Positions 53,901 through 64,000 of a stretch of 64,000 nt of DNA are shown in pieces (the first letter of the stretch is position 1; every line of letters begins with the position of its first letter). Origin of the DNA: Trichoplax adhaerens (taxonomy: Eukaryota > Animalia > Placozoa). A program made the translations under genes and the position numbers. The notes under the pieces were generated by a model that did no database searches, was not told the DNA's origin, and worked only from the letters and a program-made list of their open reading frames with translations. The stretch covers positions 2,890,152-2,954,151 of the forward strand of contig NW_002060944.1 of the NCBI RefSeq assembly GCF_000150275.1, given 5' to 3'.

Positions 53901-56900
53901 GAGATTAACAACTAACTAATATCCTATGAATAGATTTTGTATTCTGGTGATGATTGATAGAAAATTAACAACTCATCATAATACTAAATCGGAGAATAGA
54001 AAATGGGATTATAATTATTCTACATTAGGTAGTAAAATATACCACACAATATATCGGGTTAAGAAAGTATCGAATAATATACCTCTACTAAATACGAATA
54101 CGGCAATTTATAGAAATCATTTTGGAACGATGTGAAATCATTCTAAAGCAGCTATACCATATAATTTTAATGTGTATGTGCCATCACTGACAAATACATG
54201 TAATATACATTACATAAAATCTATAGGTATATTAGTTTTATACTGTATTTATGGAGTACATCTGCCTTGTCTCGCGGATTATCGTTACTGGTAGGGGAAA
54301 ATAGCCTATTTCTATTACTAGTGACGCTATATAATACTTGCAAATTTATAAGAAATAATGGAAAAAAGATCGGAATTAAACAAAATTAAAATACTTCGTC
54401 AAGATTTATTAATTTAATATACGATTACAATATAATAAAAGAAAAAGCTCTCTATCTTTCATTTGCGCTCATTCACCTCAATATTACGGTAGTTCAATAA
54501 ATATACTCGTATATAAACAATAAAGTAGTATTTCCAATCTGTATGCTGTCACGAATTTCTCTACTCAGATAGTTTAAATAAATAACAAATGGATTTTAGT
54601 AACATTGATCAACAAACTCTATTCGATACAGTACAACTAAATGACCTATATAAGTATAGTGGCAACACTAATTCTTTTTATTTTTTATAGATGTCATCAA
54701 ATAGATTTTTATACCTTAATAAATATTAATATAATTAATATGGGAAGAAAATATAGTAATACTTTATTGAATAATTATATCGTCGATTTCTTCTTAGTTA
54801 ATAGTCTTGAACTAACGTCGCTATGGAGCAGATCTTAATATACTGCAATAGATTAAATCGCAAAAAATTTATAATGAATACCAATTAGCAGTATATTTTT
54901 TTCTTTGTACGTGAAACTGAAATTTATTGACTATCTCGATTGTTAAGATGATTTGCGATGTAACTACGTAATATTATTCACGACCAACTGTAATTACCCT
55001 AAAAATCTTTCGTCACTATTATCATAGGACGTCCATGTTATTGCTAGAACTCTTCCGTTGTTAGTAACATATTGTCTAAGCAGTTTAGAAGCAAACTGTT
55101 CTACTAATATTGCAACAATCATAACTCAACTTTATCTTTTCTGATTCACGTTTCAGTTGATACCTGTTCCAATGGACGATTTCTTACTCCCACCATGTTC
55201 CGATGTCTCACAAGATATTTACGTTATTGGAGCTCAAGAATGTTGTGTTAATAGGTATGCTGAATTATGATTTATTTTTAGATTGTGACTTAGTATTTCT
55301 CTTGCTATTATCTCGGTAGTATAAAAATAACTGGAGACATCGTTTTGGTGTATCATACAATCAAATGATATCCATTCCCAGTAAATTATGGGGAATGTAA
55401 AGTTATGTTCGGGTATTTGCTATCATATATCACGATACGCATCATTACATACTCAAATGATTTGACAGGAAACAATTCTTGCTTGAAGATCAGTCCAATA
55501 TAATAAAATGATAATTTGTAGCAATTGCTTTATTTATATCTAAAAGCCATGGCCGACCTTTAAGAACATCTCGTCGATATCGTTATGTCATATTTTTCCT
55601 TTTAAATGATAATATCGACTTTGGCATAACTAATACTTCAAGTATATCCACTATTTCACTGCCTTCCTTAGTGATTATTTAATCATCATTAGAACAAATA
55701 CTCTATTATTTGAACAATTAAGAGGCGCTTCCACTATATTTTCCAGAATTTAATCCTAGACCGATTTTTCATCGCGGAACTAATGTAGTTTATGAAGATT
55801 TTAATACAATCTAATGTGCACCGGTAATGACTTGAGTGCTATAAATAATCAAAGATCTTTTATTAAGCCGGGAATTTGTCAAATTTTCTGTGATATAATT
55901 TATTTAAGCCTGATATTAAGAACAAGATAAGATATATGCTAGTTATAAAGTTTGCTAATTAAGAGTTCTGCCGCTTTTATCATAGCAGGACTATCAGAAT
56001 AATGTCAAATACTGTACATACGATTTCAGATGAAGTGAAGTTTTGACCTAAATCTTTAAGTAATTAATAGCAGCGAGGAAAAAATTATTTCTCAATACAA
56101 CGTTGGTTTTTTTTTCAATATTATATTATGACTATACTGTAGTTAGTTAATAAGAAGAAAAAGGAAAAAATTACGGCAGGAAATCATCTGCCACCTACGT
56201 ATTTTTTCTATTTTCCTCAAATTTTTATTTTTCAAATCTGTTATCGTGTTTAGAATGATACGTATAGTGTTGCTAAGCAGTAGAAAATCTATGTATTAGA
56301 AAATAATGATATCCTTCCGGTAATTTTTACTCTCTATCAATAAATATATAATCAATTTTGAATTTTATGGAGACCGGCGATGTATAATTTCTTAAAAGCT
56401 GCCCTAGACGAAAGTCTCCTGTAGGCACACTCGATATTTACTTTAGTAATTTATATCAACTTATTACTATAAGTACAATTTAGGGAAAGAGAAACCGATA
56501 TGAATATGATAGGAAATGTTCAATGTCTAAATAATGAACCAATTTTATTAATTCTGATTTCTTTCACTGATCTATTTTTACAGACGAGAATGGGAAATAA
56601 AGTTACAACAAACATTAGGGCCATCTTATGTTTTGAAACATTCCGCTATCTATGGTGTTCTGTATATGGCTATCTTTATTCGCCGTGATTTAATATGGTT
56701 CTGCTCTGGTAAAGTTACTATCATTTTATGTTATCGCGATGTAATATATACTATAATTACGGTCAAAAAATCGCGAATCTGTTTTCGTTATATTTGTGCT
56801 AGCTAGATGCTTTGCCAATTCTCAATTTTTAAACCTGATAGTGACTTCATTCTGTAATTTTCTTCTCTTTGATTTGTGTTAAGATTAATCATTTGTTATC

Positions 56901-59900
56901 TTATCAAAGTAATGTGATCCATTTTTGGCCATTGCAAATTTAAATGAGACTGTCAGGCATATATTACAGAAGCCATAGTGTTTTAGCCTAGATTAAAAAT
57001 AACCTTAGATTCCATCCCATAGCTGTATTCATTTACTCCGTATGATAAATACCACTTAACTAAAATGCAGACTAAAATGTTATGAAATATTTGCACATCT
57101 GCAAAAATTGGATATACAATTATTACGCTAGTAATTAAAAGTCATCTTAATCTCCTACCCTAAATGAAAGTTTCAAACTGATCTATTTCCTCCAACTTGC
57201 AACAGACATTATTGAAGGCAGAGTATCAACAAGGCCTGGATCTATGATTAGAACGAAGGTAAAATTTTAACTCGATTCTTTAAAGTCGATCATTCATAAA
57301 CATTTATCAATTTCGCTGCTTGTAAGGATGATTATCCAGATAAATTTTAGTTGATAATTCAAATTAATAGACATATAAAAATTCATTTTTCAGGGAGCAC
57401 TGGCATTGGCTTTCGATTTATTTGATACCTCATTATTATTTATTACGTCACATTTAGCAGGTAAAACAGATTTAATTAATTTTTCAATTTAATCTCAACG
57501 AGTTTTACCATTTTAATTCAATGGATTAGCTGAGATCTTGTACGCCTAAATACGGATGGATAAAATATATATATACTTATTAACGATCAATATCGATCGA
57601 ACACAAAATTCAATGACTAAACGTGTCTTAATTTTCTTTCCTATCTCAAATACTTGGCTAACCGACAGCTCATAATCATAAAGTTCGCGATAGAGTTAAC
57701 GATTACGATAAAATCTGCAGACTATTAAATATGAAAAGTAACTTTACCGAATTTGTTCCAGACAAGGAAAGTCAAAATGGTAAGAAATCAAAAATTATTC
57801 GATTACTTTAACCCACCATGCCTTGCATTTCCTAGTTTCAGCAATAAGTAGCAATTAATAGAGAAGTTATTCAAATAGTAATTAGGAGGTAGATATAGTG
57901 CTCATTACCAAGATATATATTTCGTATCTGCTTTAATTTAACATATGTAGAAGTATGAATCGATAGTTTCGCCTCTAACGATTTTACTTTGAAAGTAGTC
58001 CTATAATTAATATTCCAATATGCTACGCACTACCATTCCTAGTTTTCCTATATTCAATAATTAACCATATTTATGCGGAAAAAGTCTTAGACGCTAAATA
58101 GGAAAAGATTATAATTAACTACCGTTAGAGATTTCGTTAAATACAGTAATACAAATCAGGAAAATGTTAGTCAAGTCGCTTTTATAGGTTTAATTAAAAT
58201 ATGTAGCAGATTTCGTTATACATGTATATGTTCATATATCATTCAGAATGGACATTTTGCAATTATGTGGTTAGCTGCTGATTGCTTGGCGGTCAAAAGC
58301 GAATTAGTAATTCTCTATCAAGTATTTTTTCTAAAGGCAGTTGATTAACTATACAATTGTTTCATAGATAGTTAGGCTAGAGTTTATTCTTTTCTCTAAT
58401 AAATTATGAAATTCACATACCGTTTTAGAAAATATCGGAGGAATTGGTAGTGCTGAACAATTTGACCATGTTTTCTGGTTTGGAGATTTAAATTTTCGAC
58501 TTGATGCATCACGCAGCACAATAGACAATATGTTATCAGCCTTAAAAGATCAAGAAGACCCACATTATGAGGTTTGCAAAATTAGGATATTTTGCTTTTA
58601 ACAAGCGTACTTTACTTATAGAAGTAACACTACCGTTAACATTCTGCTTCATTGCAAGACTGTGCCACTATCATACATATTGCTTTCCTTTAAATCACTA
58701 AATAAAACCAAATGAAACAATATATTAGCTAATCCAAAACATTTAAATTAGGATATGTTAAAACTGGATCAGTTAGGACAATTAATGAAAGCAGGTAAGC
58801 TATAAATCTAAATTATTTCTAAGTCTATCGTTTGATTAAGATTGATTTACAATTTGTAATCAAGGTTATTAGTTTAAAACTAGCTTAAAATTTCTTACGA
58901 AGAGTATATATTAGTCACAATAACTATGCATTTTTACGCTTCCATAGCAGCATGTGATCATATGTTAACCTGATTCCTCTTCATGCTTAATGTATAATAT
59001 ACTGTAAATATGACTATAGCCGATCTTTATCACTTTCTAATACTTCTTCTAAATTATTGGCTATGGTAAACAGAAGAAATCTTTTGTGGCTATCAAGAAA
59101 TGGATATCAACTTTCCTCCGACGTATAAGTATGATCTTAATTCTGAACGTTATGATACATCAAGTAAATCTAGAGTTCCATCATGGACCGTAAGTCTATT
59201 TAACAATCGTGAGAATTTTAAATTATTATCGTTTCATGATCTGCTCATTCCATTTGAAGACTGAAAAGGCACTGCTATATGTAAAAAGATTAATATTTGG
59301 CTTACTAATGTTACTTATATATCTATAAATATTAACTCTTACATCACTAGGATCGCATCTTATTTAAATCGAAAGAAGAGGAAGCATTGAAGATATTACA
59401 TTATAATCACTGCAATGAAATTAAAATTTCTGATCACAGGTAATCTTATTGTATAATCTCATTTGAATATTTAATTTTAGAAGTAGATATACCATGTTAG
59501 TAACTACTCAAATAATAATAAAATGTGATAATATTTACTAATATTAAGTTATCACGATATAATCGTCCATCTAGGCCGGTATATGGATTATTTGTTGCAA
59601 AGTTGTCGACAAATAGCAATAAGTAAGCAATTTTTGATATCCTCTTAACATATAATTCAAAGTAATAGAAATAAATTAAAAATCTCTATTTCCGTTCTCA
59701 TTCATTTTAATTTTATTAACTATTAGAAGAACAATCTGCTCCGGCAATTTCAATCAGAATATTTATCTTGAAGGTAATTAATGATAAAAGCTATCAGGAA
59801 CAACAATTGTTACTGTAAAAATAATGAAGCGATAAATATAAAAATTTACAAACTCAGTCATAAATGTGTACCTACAATTTAAAACGAATTGACTCTTTAC

Positions 59901-59989
59901 TGCCCCTTTCTACCATTCTAGGCAACAAAAGGAGGAGATCTAATCTACCTGAAGGTCGACAGCAAAGTGCAATATGCAGTATTTTATAA
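50954..59989 (+). CDS. INPP5E: Inositol polyphosphate 5-phosphatase E
   Basis: Disordered N-terminus, then ELDRYFPDR...FVGTWNM; DIYVIGAQE; [12 protein letters not shown]; RTKGAL; FITSHLAA; [10 protein letters not shown]; FPPTYKYD; RVPSWTDRILF; SDHRPV; C-terminal CaaX CSIL*. Confidence 0.95.
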
Positions 59990-61942
59990 TATAAGTTGGT
60001 ATACAAATTGATAGGAAAGAATATCTTAATATTAAAATTTAAGATCGAAAATATACTAATTGAAGTTTTTAAAAATTAATTTCTTTATTCCGTTTCATAA
60101 ATATTATCGATCATACTGGTAAAGTAAAATGTAGCGATTAATTTTATACGGTATCTCGTATTTCCGTGAGCTGTGCTTGTGTTGTACCTGTAAACTTCAG
60201 AAATATTTTCCGATATTGGAAAGTTTGCTAGTTCACATATTATCAAGACGTTATAATGTATCTCTGAACCCAGAAATGATGCGAAATATTTTTTAATATG
60301 GCAGATGCACTAACTCGTACAGTGTTTATTCTATCTTGTATATATTCCTTGTATATATACAAAGAATTGAGAGTTATCTTTCTTATAAAATAATCCGGAT
60401 AAATATCCCCATAATTGTTAGTAATATTCCATTCATTATTATAGTGAAGTGCTATAAACCTAGTATTTTCATACTATATCGAAATGAAGAGAATGGAAAT
60501 ATAATTTCTAGCAGAAAGAGTATAAAATTTCTGTTTTAGAATTTTTAAAATGCTACTTGTTTAAATTATAAATACTTCCGTCAATGGGATGAATTATCGA
60601 ATGATTTTTAGTTTCTCTTATATAAATATTTAATATAGAAATAATTTATTACAAAAATGTAAAGTATAGGTATAGCAGCTCTAGCTTGATTAATTTACGA
60701 GATAAAAAAACTACTACAACTTACTACTACTATGTGATCGCATGTGATCAAACAATGTTAAAATTTTCTTTTCGCTTAGTCTTTATTTGATCACACCAAT
60801 CTTATGGATCGAATACAACGAACTTTCCTAAAATCATATTGCTATTTAATAGTTTTTATCTCCACAAGAAAAATGCTTTACTTCCTGTATTCGGAATCAA
60901 AGAAAATGTATATTGTAAAATTATAGAATTGCTACTTTGTATGATGGTAAAAAGATATGCATAACCATTCTGATAAATGCTTCGATGAAAATATAACTTG
61001 ATCGCAATGAATGATGTATATTATTCTTTACACACGCTATCTTCAGAAATTGTTAACGATTTGTCTTCCTGCACTATCAATTCAATTTACCAGAACAAAC
61101 CGGAAAAATTTTCGAAATTACTAATTTTTCTTGTAATTGCTATTTATAGCCGTTTCTATGAACATTATAAATTGACAAAGATGGTAATCATGCTGCAATT
61201 AATGTGTAAGACTAGCGAATGTATTGCTAACTGCCTTTAAAATTTGAGGTCAAAATATTTCTGCCTTTAATTTAACAATACGCAATAAAATGATTTCTTC
61301 GATGTAGCATTATAAGAGTATTAATCCATGCCCCAAATTTATATATCAACGTATAATCTTAAATATTTAATTAGTGATGTAAGCCAGATCGGTAATTATT
61401 CTTGCAATTAAGCTATTAGCAATAACTGAGAGGTGCTTAACATGTGCAGGTTAATAATTTTAAAAGATTCGACAAGTTCATTTTAACGTAGAATTTGATA
61501 TTCTGCTTCAAAAGGCATTTCTATATCCAGTTAACTTAACAGTTATCGATAGACAAAAACTATAGGCAAAAGTACACTCTATAACTTACATTGCTAGCAT
61601 ATTAATAAGCAGGGTATATCGCATAGAATTATGATAAGCTAGAATATTTCATAATTATCAAATAGAGTAATTACGAATTATAATTAACTAACAATCTAAA
61701 AGAATATTAATGCTACGATCTTATTACGAATTAGTAAAACTCAAACTTAAAAAGATCTACAAAGAGTAGCTTTATCACGGTATGTTTATCATACTGAAAT
61801 GTAAAACTATGACTTCTTCGCAATGCCAGGATTCTAAATTTTTTCTAATGTTAAGAACATAATCTGTAGAGTCTATCCAAAATCATCCTACGTCAGGCAT
61901 TACAAAACCATGATTGTTGGTTGTTCTTTTACTTTAGAACTA

Positions 61943-63135
61943 TTATGATCTTGCATTTTTTCCTCTAATAAGGTCTGCCACTTTCTCACCAATCATCATA
62001 CAAGCCGCGTTAGTATTGCCGGAAACAATGCAGGGCATAATGGATGCGTCTGCTACACGGATCCCATCTAAACCGTGGATTCTAATTTTAAAAATAATAA
62101 AATTAATGCAATCAATGCAATTTTCATATTCTAAAATGCTGTGTGCAGTATTATTTTAAGATCATTTTACATAATAATATTGCCAGTGCAACTAAAATTA
62201 TAGGTGATACATATACGATACACGTATATACCTTAGATCTGAATCAACCACAGTTGTAGGATCGTCAACAGCACCCATCTTACACGTACCAACCTAATAG
62301 TATATTAATACGTTTAAGAGAGTAAAGGAAGCTATTTTTTTAATTAAGTATACAGCGGCAGGGCTATTTACGCTTAATAGATTAAGTTGTAGAATTTTGC
62401 CTTATATCATGGAAAGCTAACGTACCGGGTGAAAGCAGTCCATGCCATATACTCTTATAACATCTTTCCAGTATTCAATGCTGTTATACTCATGTGATGA
62501 ATCAATTTTATAACGCAAAACTTCTTTAATATACGAACAAAGTGGCTCTGTCTCCAACAGCTTAATGGCATATTGCACTATCTAAAGATCAAATAGGAAG
62601 AAGTTAAGATCTATATATAAGGGATATTTGTTTTCATAGTATCGTTTGCGATTAGACAAATTAAATAATTATATCGTGATTCATAAAGTAAACATTTGCC
62701 ATATAATTGACTATAAATTTCTTTAGCATTTAATAACCTTAGCCATGGCTGTTAAGTCATCAGGGTCATCATAATATTTAGGATCAATATCAGGATACTC
62801 TGCTGGATCAGTACTTCTCAGTTTTACCGTTCCTCTACTTTTAGGATGTAGCAGTACGGGTACTAGAGTGAATCCTAAGTCGAATATTGTATTTTTAGTG
62901 ATTGGCATATTACACATCTAAGTAATAGGAAACTTACAATACCTGCAATTAAACATCAGTACGTGTATTTATATATTTAAATACCTATATTATATATACA
63001 TATCTATAAAACAAATACGTCGCGCGGAAATGTTCCAATGAGGCTAGCTACCATTTCAATTTACTTATTTGTGATTATTATTTCTTACCTTCTTGATCTT
63101 GAGCCATAGAATTGCCTATGAATAACGGGAAATGC
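61943..63135 (-). CDS. GMC oxidoreductase (glucose/choline dehydrogenase-like), C-terminal exons; 5' part not located, probably outside the window
   Basis: [16 protein letters not shown]...P.IDP.Y..DP.D; FHPVGTCKMG...[28 protein letters not shown]...MIGEK.ADLI (His/Asn catalytic pair). Confidence 0.92.
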
Positions 63136-64000
63136 CTAAGACAATATGAATATGATTATATTTTAGGACATTTAATGCGTTTCTTTCAATCATTTTAAAA
63201 ATAAAAACTATTGCCAATGCCAAAATAATTTAAGTCCTAAAGGCTCTGCAAAGATGTTAATTAGTGTTCTCAGTATTCTCTTCATTGAACACTTTAATAA
63301 CTAGCGCTATTTTCAATCTTCATCGTTGTGTCAGAATAAAAACTTTGAGCAATCTTACTTTTCTTTATTATAGCCTAAGTTTTCGTAGTAAAATTTATCG
63401 CTCAGTACACCATAGCCAAACAAATGGATCTGAGTATCGGGCCATGGTAGTGCATCCTAAAATAACAAAGCAGTTTAACTATAAATGCTATCAGCATGTA
63501 ACAGCTATTCGGCTAAAATTTATTTTTAAAGCGCCTCTAGATATATAGATGGAATACAGATGTTATTACTTAATATCAGTATCTTGAGAAACTATACTCG
63601 ACATCTGTTTAATTGTAAATGATGATTAAATAATATTTATAACTTAATTAATTAATTGTAGCAAAGTCTTTGCTATGACCTTTGCATGCGTAGAATCCTA
63701 ATAGAAGTCGCTTACAGTAAAAATATAATTAGGGAGAGTGAAGAAGAAATGATCCCACATTTAAGTTAGCTATAAATTTACATTTTATGACACTATAGTT
63801 AAAATTAGGGAAACTAACAAAAAAATGGATTTGGAAATAAGTTAAAAGAAGTTCGCAATATACAAAATTCCTAAATACTATTTATAAATGGATATAACTG
63901 ATAAAAGAATTTGTTACGGTGATATTTAGTACATTTATTGTAGCATTTCATTTCGATTTCATGCTTATTCTATCATTGTATGATATAATATGGTTAGAAT

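Overview
AT-rich, gene-dense animal genomic DNA with many short GT-AG introns. Composition and intron architecture resemble a placozoan such as Trichoplax; this is inferred, not confirmed. Genes in order: MRPS2(-), MPDU1(+), TYW3(+), an unassigned multi-exon candidate(+), a C11orf98-like gene(-) absent from the ORF track, CDC26(+), a DDC/AADC-family PLP enzyme(+), MsrA(-), a small signal-peptide exon/ORF(-), CEP350(+), AP3M(+), NUBPL(-), INPP5E(+) and the 3' part of a GMC oxidoreductase(-). Most notable: (1) the DDC-like enzyme has Asn at the DDC His192 position, the insect aldehyde-synthase (DHPAAS) signature, plus PHK->PQK; (2) a signal-peptide exon can splice in frame into MsrA, suggesting ER/secreted, mitochondrial and cytosolic isoforms; (3) a 242-bp hAT-type MITE (8-bp TSD, 15-bp TIR) built from tandem copies of its own TIR sits in a bidirectional promoter; (4) TACAG/CTGTA pentamer islands mark almost every gene 5' region; (5) CEP350 appears to lack its CAP-Gly domain; (6) a canonical RFX X-box lies upstream of INPP5E. 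Exon boundaries were read by eye and homologies are from memory of the families, not from searches.
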